A stretch of DNA of 64,000 nt, from contig NIVC01000146.1 of NCBI GenBank assembly GCA_002269645.1, positions 186,001 to 250,000 on the forward strand. Reading direction: 5' to 3'. The position numbers and the translations under genes are program-made. The notes under the pieces were generated by a model. That model saw nothing but the letters and a program-made list of their open reading frames with translations, had not been told where the DNA came from and made no database searches. This stretch comes from Macrostomum lignano. Its lineage: Eukaryota. Shown here piece after piece: positions 49,201 through 63,053 of the stretch (the first letter of the stretch is position 1; every line of letters starts with the position of its first letter).

Positions 49201-52200
49201 CTGATCGCTGAGGGCGCTAGCGGCATTCTCGCGTGCCTGCGAGAGATCCTCGGCCCTGCCTGATCTGTTGATCAAACTGGCATCCTTGTGCTGCATGAGT
49301 TGGGAGCTTTTGTGCGATCTGCATCAGTGCGTGTTTAAAAACCCGTTCGTAGCTATCCCAATAATGATACTTAGTTATCCCATTGCTGCTAGCCTCCATT
49401 CCCCAATGCCAGCTTCCATTCCCCAATGCCAGCTTCCATTCCCCAATGCCAGCTTCCATTCCCCAATGCCAGCTTCCATTCCCCAATGCCAGCTTCCATT
49501 CCCCAATGCCAGCTTCCATTCCCCAATGCCAGCTTCCATTCCCCAATGCCAGCTTCCATCCCTGCAGCTTCCATCCCTGCAGCTTCCATCCATGCAGCTT
49601 CCATCCACGCAGCTTCCATCCATGCAGCTTCCATCCATGTAGCTTCCATCCATGCAGCTTCCATCCATGCAGCTTCCATCCCTGCAGCTTCCATTCCTTT
49701 CTCCCAATACATGTAAGGCTACAGAATCCGAACCAGACGGCCCAGACCCAGCAATGGTACATGCACATTATTTCAATTAGAGCTCCATTGTCAAGATTCA
49801 GATTTAAGGCGTCTCAAAGTCACATCGATACGTCAGTCAGGTGATCTGTAGGTAATTAATAATTGGGTACATAGACAAAAGTGAGTGACACACACTTCAC
49901 AGCTGATCAATCTTGCTGATCTCGGTGCAGTTGATAGCGAGATGGCTACAGCTGGGTAGGTGCGGAGGAGAGAGTAGAAGGCAGAGATGAAACGTCAAGA
50001 TAACTCGGCTCGGGATCTGAGATTCGCGCGCGCCTCAACGACTCTTGACTCGCAAAATTGTTGTTATTGCATTGTTTGAGCAGCAGTGCAAAGCCGCCAT
50101 CCCGGAGGGGCGGGGATCAAGGGGGGGCGCCTCAGTAACCCAATATCCTCAGGCCACGACTTTAACAACACCGACTTTTGAGATCGAAAATAATACTCTA
50201 ACAAGCCGATGAGGCACCTGATTGAGTCGCCGGTTCATAAATAAGTTCTCGCTCATTTCTCTCGCGCTGTTCCCAGAGTAAATAGCCATAGTTGCTATGC
50301 TCACCCTCTCTCTCTCGGGGTTCTCAGACCGGCCTCTCTACACACGGCCTGGGCTGGAATTCTCAGATTTTCCCAAGACCTGCGGGCCCAAGCTGCAGAT
50401 GTCCCCCCCCTCTGAGCTCCTTCCGCTCCGCTGACCGCCACCGCGGCTCCCACAAACAGTCCGCAGACCCCCCCCCCCGTCTTCCGCTTGCCTGCCCGCG
50501 CACAAAGTCGCTCTGCGCTCCCTTTCTCCCCTCCAGCCCCGCCGAAGTCTTGATCGCTTGCCCCCCAACCCAACCCCCCGGTGCGTCGCCTTCGCTCCAC
50601 GGACTCGGGACTCGAACCTGGGCCGCCGTCGCCGCCGAGTTGCCGACACTTTGTGACGAAAGCAACCGGAAGACAAAAGCTTTTTTTCAAAGTATTTTGT
50701 CTGCTGGGCCTTCCTCTACCATTGGCGGTGCGGTTGGGAACTCCCCGCGGTGAATGGGGAAGGCGCTCAGTTCTGAGAGGGAGATTGCAGGGGAGGTTAA
50801 GTCCCTCCAGAGTTCCGATGGGGAGGCAGATTTTCTGCTGCACTGATCCGCAGGAATTTATCCCCATTGTGGGCCGGGAATCTGAGCCCTATGCTCAGGA
50901 GGTTTGCAAACACCGCCTTGCCATGTGATTTGCCCAGCGGGAGGTCTGCTTGGGAAAAATTTGCTGGCCTCATCATACGCGGGATGCTGGATCCGGCGGG
51001 ACTGCGCCATCATCGCTCTTAGAACTGATAATTTTGGCCTTTGAGAACTTTTCAAGCCGTGTGCAGAGAAATTCAATCAGCACAAAGAGAAGCTGAATTG
51101 GGGTAGCGAGCTCGGCGATTTGCATCTTGTTTGTCCGAATGACTTTAGTCTTGGAGTAATCGAATTCGCCTGTCATTGGCTGTCTTCCCGCCGGCTCGCT
51201 TCAGTGGAGACTGGCTTCTGCCGTCCTCCCTGTACCGCTTGGAGCAGGTTTTCCGCCCCCCTGTACCGCTTGAAGCAGGTCTTCCACCCCCCCTGTACCG
51301 CTTGGAGCAGGTCTTCCGCCCCCCCCCTGTACCGCTTGGAGCAGGTCTTCCACCCCCCCTGTACCGCTTGGAGCAGGTCTTCCGCCCCCCCTGTACCGCT
51401 TGGAGCAGGTCTTCCGCCCCCCCCAAATCACTCGGATGCTGGTCTTCCGCCCCTCAAATCACTCGGATGCCGGTCTTCCGCCCCTAAAATCACTCGGATG
51501 CCGGTCTTTCGCCTCTCAAATCACTCGGATGCCGGTCTTCCGCCCCTCAAATCACTCGGATGCTGGTCTTCCGCCCCCTAAATCACTCGGATGCCGGTCT
51601 TCTGCCCCCCCCCCCAAATCACTCGGATGCCGGTCTTCCGCCCCCCAAATCACTCGGATGCCGGTCTTCCGCCCCCCAAATCACTCGGATGCCGGTCTTC
51701 CGCCCCCCAAATCACTCGGATGCCGGTCTTCCGCCCCCCAAATCACTCGGATGCCGGTCTTCCGCCCCCCAAATCACTCGGATGCCGGTCGTCTGCCCCC
51801 AAATCACTCGGATGCTCGTCTTCCGCCCCCAAATCACTCGGATGCTCGTCTTCCGCCCCCAAATCACTCGGATGCTCATCTTCCGCCCCCAAATCACTCG
51901 GATGCCGGTCTTCCGCCCCCAAATCACTCGGATGCTGGTCTTCAGCCTCCCCCACTAGATCAATCGGTAATATTTGCCATCATTGCGAGTCTCCCAGTGA
52001 ATTTGCAGCACCTGTTTTTCCTGACCCAAGCAGCTTTGAGAACACAGGAGAAGCAAAGGCAGCCAGGACGAGACGAAAACGAGATTCTAATGGACCCCGG
52101 TCTGTGGGACGCAGCGATGCGCACCTCGAGTATTCGGTGTGGGATAAATATCCCTGGGGAGAACGGGTCAGGCCTGAGAGCGGGAGGGGCTGAAAAGGAT

Positions 52201-55200
52201 TTCCCACAGCTCTCCGCATCCCCAACACACAAATTAGCAGAGGCTTGGGATAAATGCACCTCGCAGAATTATCCTCCTTCTCTTCACCGGCGCCCCTCCT
52301 GCGGGTTTCCCATGAGCAGCTTCCTGCAGCCTCTCCGGGGCCTTCGTCTGTCATTTGCCTTTCGTTTCCAGGCTTCTCAGCCCACCTGCATTCCGCAATC
52401 AGCGGCGCCCCGGCTCATCCCCAACTCGCGGGCCTGTGCCGCCAGGCGAGCGGAAAATCAGGTTAAAGGGAAAAATGCCCCGCGGGATGTTTTTGCGACT
52501 GCTGCGCGTAAATGTAAAAATTCTTTTCTCCTCTTTGCTGCGCGCGGCTTCTGTTTTGCTGGCAATCGATCTGCCCTGCGAGACTGCGCTGGGATGCTAG
52601 ATTGGGACACAGAGAGAGAAGCGAGTGGACAGAGAAGGGTAGGTAGGTTGAGTAGGCTGTGAGAGTGGATAAAGAAGGGTAGGTAGGTAGAGTAGGGTGT
52701 GAGAGTGGAGAGAGAAGGGTAGGTAGGTTGAGTAGGCTGTGAGAGTGGATAAAGAAGGGTAGGTAGGTTGAGTAGGCTGTGAGAGTGGAGAGAGAAGGGG
52801 AAGTAGGTAGAGTAGGGTGCAGGAGTGCATGGAGAGAGAAGGGTAGGTAGGTAGAGTAGGGTGCAAGAGTGCATGGAGAGAGAAGGGTAGGTAGGTAGAG
52901 TAGGGTGCAGGAGTGCATGGAGAGAGAAGGGTAGGTAGGTAGAGTAGGGTGCAGTAGTGCATGGAGAGAGAAGGGTAGGTAGGTAGAGTAGGGTGCAAGA
53001 GTGCATGGAGAGAGAAGGGTAGGTAGGTAGAGTAGGGTGTAAGAATGGACGGGGGGTAGATAGCTGTAAGTCATTCAACTTCCCTGCAGGTTGCAGATTG
53101 CCGTAGCGGTTTTGGCCCTGAAAAGTCATATCTCATCCGCCTCAATATCAGAGCGATGGCGATTTGCGAGAGTCTGTAGATCTGAGCTGCCCTGTCTCAC
53201 TTGGCCCTCAGTTCTTCTCCGCCACTGCCGGCCTGCCTTACGCTCGAATAATCCGATAATGACCCCCTGCTCAAAGTCGGTTTAGCACCGCAGAGATTTG
53301 CTCCGAGTCCCCAGATTTTCAATCCAAGGAGTCTCCAAGGCCAGTGGGTGGCAGCTGAGGGCGTATAGCGTGCAGAGTAGGTAACCAATGCCCCCCCCAA
53401 GATAACCAGCTGACAAAAGAGACTGGGCTTCGGGATTCCGTCGATGGTCGCTCGCCCGCCACCGGTCCTACAAAAGAATCCCTTTGGTCCGTCTCTACCC
53501 ATATTTTAGACCGCACGAAACTGGGATAAAACCGGCCAACACGCGATGTTGATCACGCCATGCCCACCCACCCCCCCCCAGATTCTCAAATCTTGACTTT
53601 GCGCCATTTTGTGAAACTACTCAAGCCAGCCGATCATGAATCAAGTCTACAAAGAGGAGTTTGTTGTTTAACAATAATAATATGCTCTTCATTAATTATT
53701 CAGTTAGGTCTTGGAGACGGCAGAAATGATTTTGTGCGTGTGTGTTGTTTTTTTAATGTCTCGAGCAGGGAAGCACAGGGCCGGCCGGCTCCATCAGTCA
53801 GCAGCCTCTGCTCGGGCTGAGATGGATCGATTCCAAATGCTGAAGGGTTAAAGCTTTGATGAGGAACTGAGGGATGGAGATTGGCCATCCAGAATCCTCT
53901 TGTGTCCGCAGCTGATTTGAATTTTTAATCAAGTGCCCCAGCGGCTTGGCAACTGCAGGAGATTTCTGGTGGGTCGCGCATTAGCATAATGAGGTCATGG
54001 GATTTTGGCAGGCCTCTGGCGGTGACAGCGCAGAGACAGCCGGGGAGCTCAGGAGAGACTCTGCCACCCCCCACCTCTCGCCCGAAAGCAAAGTTTCCAA
54101 CTGCATCAGAGTCGGGGCATGCAGCTCTCTTCTCTGACTGACTCTGAGCTCTTCTGAGTTTCCATTCTTCCGCTTGCCTGGACTCGCAATCTCAGCTCGC
54201 AATTTCGAGTCAGCCAGTGCTGCTGCTTTTGCCCACGTGGCGACCTGCGCGTCCTCAATATTTGAGAAGAAAGTCACGACTATACATTTCATACATTATA
54301 TCATTTGAACAGTTTTGGCTACATTTAAAAAAAGATTCGCCCTAACAAATTGATGCCGCGGTTGCTATGGCGACAGTGGCGAGCTACTTGTGTATCCAGC
54401 GCAGTAGCTGTTTGTCTGTTCTCTTCCTTCGGCCAGCTCCGTTCTCAGTGGCGCAGTTTCAAGTAAAATAATCTTTTCTTTCTTTACTAAATTTCTTTTC
54501 CAACTCCAATTTCGAATCTGGAGAGAAGGCAGCAGTTCTGCATGGCAACAGCTCGGATTAACAGTGACAAAAAACTGAGTTTGCATAACCCGCTAACGAG
54601 TTTGGCCATCACAGATGCGAGCTTTAATCCGCTAACAGCCATGCAGTATGGGGCCCGCTTGGCCAGATAAACAAGAGGATTCATGCAGATTATTGTTTGT
54701 TACTGACCGCCTTGTACTCCACAGTGGCCGCAAGTTAATCCTTTCACAGTTTCTATACGCTGCTCATAGGTGTGACTTTGCCCAACAAATTCACACTTAT
54801 GACCAAACTAAACTGCCTTTGTTATCCTTGCATGCCAACATAGCACAGACGGCAGTGACAATAAGACTCTGATTGAGTCTTTGCAATATAGGGACTTAAG
54901 TAGGTCGGGATATAGTGGGTCAGGATTTAGCAGGTCAGGATTTAGTGGGTCAGGATTTAGTGGGTCAGGATTTAGCAGGTCAGGATTTAGTGGGTCAGGA
55001 TTTAGTGGATCAGGATAGAATGGGTCAGGATAGAATGGATCAGGATAGAATGGGTCAGTATAGAATGGGTCAGAATACAATGGGTCAGGATACAATGGGT
55101 CAGGATACAATGGGTCAGGATAGAATGGGTCAGGATAGAATGGGTCAGAATACAATGGGTCAGGATACAATGGGTCAGGATACAATGGGTCAGGATAGAA

Positions 55201-57797
55201 TGGGTCAGGATAGAATGGGTCAGGATAGAATGGGTCAGGATAGAATGGGTCAGGATAGAATGGGTCAGGATAGAATGGGTCAGGATAGAATGGGTCAGGA
55301 TAGAATGGGTCAGGATAGAATGGGTCAGGATAGAATGGGTCAGGATAGAATGGGTCAGGATAGAATGGGTCAGGATAGAATGGGTCAGGATAGAATGGGT
55401 CAGGATAGAATGGGTCAGGATAGAATGGGTCAGGATAGAATGGGTCAGGATAGAATGGGTCAGGATAGAATGGGTCAGGATAGAATGGGTCAGGATAGAA
55501 TGGGTCAGGATAGAATGGGTCAGGATAGAATGGGTCAGGATAGAATGGGTCAGGATACAATGGGTCAGGATACAATGGGTCAGGATAGAATGGGTCAGGA
55601 TAGAATGGGTCAGGATAGAATGGGTCAGGATAGAATGGGTCAGGATAGAATGGGTCAGGATAGAATGGGTCAGGATAGAATGGGTCAGGATAGAATGGGT
55701 CAGGATACAATGGGTCAGGATAGAATGGGTCAGGATAGAATGGGTCAGGATAGAATGGGTCAGGATAGAATGGGTCAGGATAGAATGGGTCAGGATAGAA
55801 TGGGTCAGGATACAATGGGTCTCGTATCACCAGAGCCACGAGTTATGGAATGCATATGCAAAAGCTACAGCAAAAAGTCAAGTCATGTTATCAATTGCGC
55901 AACTTTTAGCGATAGAGTGGCTGGACGGAGGCAGAAGGGTGTTTTTATTGCCAACAAAACATGCCCCATAGACGAACGCACACAGATGATCATTGAGTTA
56001 AAATTCAATTACAGTTGTTGATATTTAATATTGCGGTGAAAAACTGGCCATTGAAACTCAATTCCTACTCCCCCCTCAAGGCAGCAGTTGACTGAAATGC
56101 TCGCTATGTTTGTTTATAGGGACCTGCTGAGCGGGAGTTTAACTCAAGCCAGAAGCCTTGAGCAGCTCCCGCAGTCATGCGCCCTCGAGGGCATAAAACT
56201 GCTGATGTCTCGGGCTCATCCAGGGAGCTAACTCCCGGCGCTAAAATGTATAAAAATCTACAATCAAAACAGTTTTATAAGCTTGTCAAGACATTGTGCC
56301 TCGATTATGATCGGGTGACTTCATTTTGAGTAGGGGGGGGGGTCGCGCTGTCATTCCATTACTCTCTCCTATACTCGATTCTGCGCGAATAAAATTTCTG
56401 TGTCCGTTTCAAAATGCAGGCTTGCTTTTTTCCCTTTCTCTATAAAATACTCTGGCTGCTCTGAATAATGCAGAAATAGCCTGCCGCTTCGCCAGCCGTG
56501 TGTGAAATCAAATTGGGGGGGGGGGGTGGCGCGGGATGGGGAGCGGGGGAGCGACTTATTGACCTCCTCCGCCCACCGCTGCACACCGGGGCATTAATCT
56601 CAAATCTCAGAGATCCCTGGCAACTGATAACCCCCCCCCTACCCGGTGCGGTGAGATTTCACTCTCTCTCTCCTCTCTCTCTCTGTCTCTCCGATAAGCG
56701 CAATAAAATTTGTCGATAAGCCATGCAGTTCTGTGTAAAGAGCGGAACGGCTGTATGAAATGATGCAGCTACTATTTATTGTGTTATTTATATTTTTGGC
56801 CTATATGGTATGGCATAGTTGATGGGATAAATCGAGTTTTCAGATTCAGATTCAGTATATAAGCATATTTTTGAAATTACGGAGCTGGGGTCTGAGAGGA
56901 TGTAAGAGAGACTGCGAGAGGGAGGCAGAAAGAGGGAGACAGAGAGAGGGAGACAGAGAGAGGGAGACAGAGAGAGGGAGGCAGAGAGAGGGAGAAAGGG
57001 GGAGAGACCGGAGAGGAGGATTCAGTTTAGAGACAGAATTGTATGCAGTTTAGAGATAGAATGGGGTGCAGTTTAGGGATAGAATTGGGTGCAGTTTAGA
57101 GATGGAATAGTGCAGTTTAGAGATAGAATAGTGCAGTTTAGAGATAGAATAGTGCAGTTTAGAGATAGAATGGGGTGCAGTTTAGAGATAGAATAGTGCA
57201 GTTTAGAGATAGAATAGTGCAGTTTAGAGATAGAATGGGGTGCAGTTTAAAGATAGAATGGGGTGCAGTTTAGAGATAGAGTCGGAGCAGTTTAGAGATA
57301 GAATAGTGCAGTTTAGAGATAGAATAGTGCAGTTTAGAGATAGAATGGGTGTAGTTTAGAGATAGAATAGTGCAGTTTAGAGATAGAATAGTGCAGTTTA
57401 GAGATAGAATGGGGTGCAGTTTAGAGATAGAATCGGAGCAGTTTAGAGATAGAATGGGTGTAATTTAGAGATAGAATAGTGCAGTTTAGAGATAGAATAG
57501 TGCAGTTTAGAGATAGAATGGGGTGCAGTTTAGAGATAGAATCGGTGCAGTTTAGAGATAGAATGGGTGTAGTTTAGAGATAGAATAGTGCAGTTTAGAG
57601 ATAGAATAGTGCAGTTTAGAGATAGAATAGTGCAGTTTAGAGATAGGAAATGCTATGGCAAGCAAACACAAAGCTGCAGACTGGCACTCAGCACAAATAT
57701 AAAATATTGCCAGTTGAATTCTCAAGCCGGCGAGAATCAAAAGATTCGCAAAACGCTGGGTTGCCGGGAGGCAGACAGAAGATCTCCCTGACCGCTG

Positions 57798-58041
57798 ATT
57801 GGCTGGCCCGGCAGGCCTGTCGCAGCCAATGGTAGCGGGGGGACTCGTACTCAGACGCAGAAGCCTGTGTGGCGGCAGTTCAGTCCACTGGGCTTTGCAT
57901 TAACCGCGCCTCATTGCGCGGGCCCATCCGTGCTCAATCATCAATTTCGGGCGCGCCACCTTCTTTCGATTCGCTGAGGCGAGGCGGGCCGCCCCCTCCT
58001 CTGCCGCGCTCCGCTCTCCCTTCCTCCTCATGCGAATAAAA
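57798..58041 (+). promoter_or_regulatory. Putative Pax6 promoter, right copy
   Basis: Mirror of the left promoter: ATTGG 57798, CCAAT 57826, AATAAAA 58035. Confidence 0.4.
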
Positions 58042-58043
58042 CA

Positions 58044-58161
58044 GTCGCAGGGCCCGCAGCGGCCCAACCCCATCCCGCTTCCGCGCCACTTGCCTTGCCC
58101 GTCTGCCTGACTTGCGCCCGGCGCCCTCAACCGCTCTGACGGCCTCATTCGCTTCTCACAG
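58044..58161 (+). other. Pax6: Putative Pax6 5' UTR exon, right copy (5' end approximate)
   Basis: Mirror of 20258-20375, with donor CAG|GTAAGT at 58162. Confidence 0.45.
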
Positions 58162-61100
58162 GTAAGTAGCCACATGGAAACTTCTTCTTTTCTGCTTCTT
58201 TTGTACCGCTGCCGGGGCTGCGACTGCCCCGCTGTGGGAGGGGCGGACCGAAGCCAGGGATGGGGGGGGGGCAGTGCGCCAGGACACCAGGACGGGACAT
58301 TATCCCCGCCACTGACTCCCGACCCCGGGGGCCCGCGCCGCAGTCTTCTTCTCCCTTTTTCCCCTTTCTGCTTGCCTGCTTTTTCAGGCAATTCGCGGCC
58401 TTTGGAGTTGAAATGCATCATGCACGGTACCTCTGGAAGATCAGGCCAGACGGCACTGTACTATTAGTAAAGTAGTGCGAGGTTATCCTTCAGCCTTTAG
58501 ATATTTTCCCGCGAATTTGACACCAGACTCAAGCTCGGTAATTTATTTGATTCGAGAGTTGAGACCAGTTCCAGATTTTAGCGATATCCAAATTTGTACA
58601 CAAATTTATTTCGAAATGATTTATCTAACTATTCGAATTTTGTGGAAATTATTATTCATTGCTAGTTCTACCGTAGTATAAATAGTTCGAAACGAGTTGA
58701 ATTTCCAAGGCTGCCAAGACTGCCAAGACTGCAATCCAACTCTGCAGTTCAGATTCATATTAAATCCGAAATTTCATGCTCAATCTATACTACTACTGAC
58801 AGTGGAGTAGTAGTGTGTTGCGCAAGTAGTGCTACTAATATTGTTGGGCCTGTTTAATTTGGATAAAGGCTGAAGCCAAGTTTAAAGCCAAGGCTGATTG
58901 GGTTGACGGTTAGTCTCTATTGTAAAATCTAAACCCCCATTTAACTAGTCCAGAGAAGAAATTACTTGCAAATAAAAACATAATTGCAAGCTGGAAGCTC
59001 TGGAATTTAGCTGTCCATGGATGCAGCCAGTAGCCACTCTCAAGTCTCGATTGAACTTCGATGGAGCCCCGGGTCCTCGGCCTTTGCTGTGCTCAGGAAA
59101 TGAGCACTTCACACTTCCAGACCTCTTGCAGCCTGCATCTGAAAGCATACTAATCCATATACTTAGATTACTAATTTAGCAAGCTGCCATAATAGTAAAT
59201 CCTGTAGCCTTATATAACATGCATTTTTGAGGTTTTATTTGGCCTCAGGGCACACACCCATGTTATGCCTGTTAGTATCCGAGAGCAGTGTTAACAGATT
59301 CACTAAGTTTCTGTCCGGGCAGTCCCATGCTGCCTTCATAATGATGGTTGGAAACTGGACTCATGGTCTGTCAGGCTAATTTTCCTACTTAATTAATTAG
59401 TCTTTTGCTCAGAAACTGCACAGGATTGCCTGCCTGCAATTAACAGGAGTCAAGTTTTCACATTCCGATTGGATGAAGCTGCATGGCGGTTGGCTGTTGC
59501 TCTTTTGCCTGTCAGATGGTCAGTCTGTAAGGTTTTTTTAGTTGCTAAGGAGATGGGATTTTCGGACCGGTAAAAAAATTCATGCAGCTTTTCAATTTTT
59601 GCGTTTTCGGAATAACAGAAAATAACCGGGTATCTGGTTTCCCGTTGCGATGGTTTGCTTTTTTGGAGAAAATATATAATGAATAAAGGTCTGGGACACA
59701 AGAGTTAGGAATAAGATGCTCTAGAATAGGTCTCTCCGCTGTCTGACTCCCTGTCGACTCCCTGTCGACTCCCTGTCGACTCCCTGTCTGACTCCCTGTC
59801 TGACTCCCTGTCTGACTCCCTGTCGACTCCCTGTCGACTCCCTGTCTGACTCCCTGTCTGACTCCCTGTCTGACTCCCTGTCGACTCCCTGTCGACTCCC
59901 TGTCTGACTCCCTGTCTGACTCCCTGTCTGACTCCCTGTCTGACTCCCTGTCTGACTCCCTGTCTGACTCCCTGTCTGACTCCCTGTCTGACTCCCTGTC
60001 TGACTCCCTGTCTGACTCCCTGTCTGACTCCCTGTCTGACTCCCTGTCTGACTCCCTGTCTGACTCCCTGTCTGACTCCCTGTCTGACTCCCTGTCGACT
60101 CCCTGTCGACTCCCTGTCTGACTCCCTGTCTGACTCCCTGTCTGACTCCCTGTCTGACTCCCTGTCTGACTCCCTGTCTGACTCCCTGTCTGACTCCCTG
60201 TCTGACTCCCTGTCTGACTCCCTGTCTGACTCCCTGTCTGACTCCCTGTCTGACTCCCTGTCTGACTCCCTGTCTGACTCCCTGTCTGACTCCCTGTCTG
60301 ACTCCCTGTCTGACTCCCTGTCTGACTCCCTGTCTGACTCCCTGTCTGACTCCCTGTCTGACTCCCTGTCGACTCCCTGTCTGACTCCCTGTCTGACTCC
60401 CTGTCTGACTCCCTGTCTGACTCCCTGTCGACTCCCTGTCTGACTCCCTGTCTGACTCCCTGTCTGACTCCCTGTCGACTCCCTGTCTGACTCCCTGTCT
60501 GACTCCCTGTCTGACTCCCTGTCCACCCCTGTCTGACTCCCTGTCCACCCCTGTCTGACTCCCTGTCCACCCCTGTCTGACTCCCTGTCCACCCCTGTCT
60601 GACTCCCTGTCCACCCCTGTCTGACTCCCTGTCCACCCCTGTCTGACTCCCTGTCCACCCCTGTCTGACTCCCTGTCTGACTCCCTGTCCACCTCTGTCT
60701 GACCACAAAGTTTCTAGTTCCATTCCATGCAAATCTATTCTTTTCTTCCCAAGAAAAAGCTTGAGCTAAACTTGCATTGAATGACCCGAGAACTTGGAAG
60801 GGATCTCATTGGCTCTCATTGGCTCCCAGCGCCGGTCAACCTGAACAACAAAAGCTTGGACAAAAGGCGCTTGGGACCGGGGGTGCTGAGCACGCAGTTG
60901 TTATACTCATGCCATTGGCTGGGCCAACTTTGAGTCTCTCTCTGAGCAGTTTTGATCGGTGGAGAGAGGACAAGACAAGCAGTTCAGCGGGGAGGGAGGA
61001 GGCTGAGCTCCTGCATCAAAAGAAGCGGGACTCCAAATTCTTTGCTTGCCATTGCCAGCCCCACCCCAAGGCACAGAGGTGAGCCCTGACCGCGCTTGTA

Positions 61101-61358
61101 AGCTGACAATACAAGCAATTTAAAAATTCTGTATTTTGTCAGTCGGCAGGAAGGCAGCAGAGCAGGGAATGGAGATGCCCAGCGCTTCCCCCACACTGAC
61201 CAGTGAGCAGCGCTGATGAAGGACAGTGACCACAGCTTAGCTGACACCCTGACCTGTCTTCCAGGTTGGCTACAAAACTTTACCCATTCCTAATTTTAAT
61301 TCATTCCCCCCATTTGCCCAGAAATCTTCTAAAAGAAGACATAAAAAGGAGAGCAGCA

Positions 61359-61378
61359 ATGCAGCACTTGCATATGAT

Positions 61379-61425
<47 letters not shown>

Positions 61426-61515
61426 TTCTGATTCATCAACACCAGCAACAGCAGCAGCAGCATCAGCAGCAGCAGCTTGATGCGGTGGACTCCGATCCAC
61501 TTGGAAACAAATCAG
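61359..61515 (+). CDS. Pax6: Pax6 first coding exon, right (mirror) copy (exon begins at 61322)
   Basis: Inverted copy of 17309-17459: MQHLHMM-Q15-LLIHQH-Q6HQ4-LDAVDSDPLGNKS-G|GTGAGA, with intact acceptor and donor. The downstream exons would lie beyond nt 64000. Confidence 0.72.
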
Positions 61516-62520
61516 GTGAGAAATAGCTCCGTTTTTAAGGCTAATATAATTTGGAGCTTAATCTCAATCAGCCTACCTATGAACTTACGGGGGGAAAGGA
61601 ATCCTCTCAATTGCCCCAAAAAATAGTGATAGCTAGGGGTAGGGGCGCTCACCTATCACTTAGGGGCTCCAACCAAGACACGAAATACTGCATGCTACAC
61701 TACACCACCCTAATGATTGCGGCCCCCTCCAAATTACACTGGAAATTACAAAATTTAATTTTCAGGCATTTCGGACGGGTCCGAGGAGGAAATGAAGTGC
61801 AAAAAGAAGGCCAAGAGAGGTGAGTGGCCGAAACTGCTCGGATATTCGTTTGTGAGCTTTTGTGGGCGCCGCTTCCCCTCCACAAGATACGAGTACTTCA
61901 GGGGCGCCGCTTCCCCTCTACCAGATACTTCAGGGGGCGCCGCTTCCCCTCTACCAGATACTTCAGGGGGCGCCGCTTCCGCCCACCAGATCCTTCAGGG
62001 GGCGCCACTTCCCCTCCTCCAGATCCTTCAGGGGGCGCCGCTTCCCCCACCAGATCCTTCAGGGGGCGCCGCTTCCCCCACCAGATCCTTCAGGGGGCGC
62101 CGCTTCCCCCACCAGATCCTTCAGGGGGTGCCGCTTCCCCCACCAGATCCTTCAGGGGGCGCCGCCTCCCTTTCACCAGATCCTTCAGTGGAGGCGCCGC
62201 TCCCCCCCCACCAGATCCTTCAGTGGGCGCCACTTCCCCTCCAAGCAGATCCTTCAGTGGGCGCCACTTCCCCTCCAAGCAGATCCTTCAGGGGGCGCCA
62301 CTTCCCCTCCCAGCAGATCCTACAGGGGGCGCCACTTCCCCTCCCAGCAGATCCTTCAGGGGGCGCCACTTCCCCTCCCAGTAGATCCTTCAGGGGGCGC
62401 CACTTCCCCTCCCAGCAGATCCTTCAGGGGGCGCCGCTTCCCCTCCACAAGATCCTTCAGTGGGCACGGCGCATCCTTTAATCTGAACCCCTTCATCTAG
62501 AGTCTAGTTCTTAGCAGCAT

Positions 62521-63053
62521 CAGTGGCGCAACCAGGAGGGGGGGGCGGGCGGTCGGAGACCTGAAAAAAGTCAATGGGGGGACCAAGCGCATTGTCGCCA
62601 AAATACAGAGCCACCCCCCGCTCCCCCTCGGGTCTTTACCCTCCAGAATCCGCCCCCCTCGGGTCTTAACCCTCCAGAATCCGCCCCCGGGTCTTTACCC
62701 CCCAGAATTCGCCCCCCCTTGGGTCTTTACCCTCCAGAATCCACCCCTTGGGTCTTAACCCTCCAGAATCCGCCCCCTCGGGTCTTTACCCTCCAGAATC
62801 CGCCCCCCTCGGGTCTTAACACTCCAGAATCCGCCCCCTTGGATCTTTACCCTCCAGAATCCGCCCCCTTGGATCTTTACCCTCCAGAATCCGCCCCCCT
62901 CTGGTCTTTACCCTCCAGAATCCGCCCCCTGGGGTCTTTACCCTCCAGAATTCGCCCCCCTCTGGTCTTTACCCTCCAGAATCCGCCCCCATTTGGGTCT
63001 TTACCCTCCAGAATCCGCCCTCTCCCCTCAACAAATTTCCGGCTGCGCCACTG
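62521..63053. mobile_element. Mirror copy of the MITE-like element, with fewer internal repeats
   Basis: CAGTGGCGCAACCAG at 62521 and CCGGCTGCGCCACTG ending at 63053. Confidence 0.65.
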
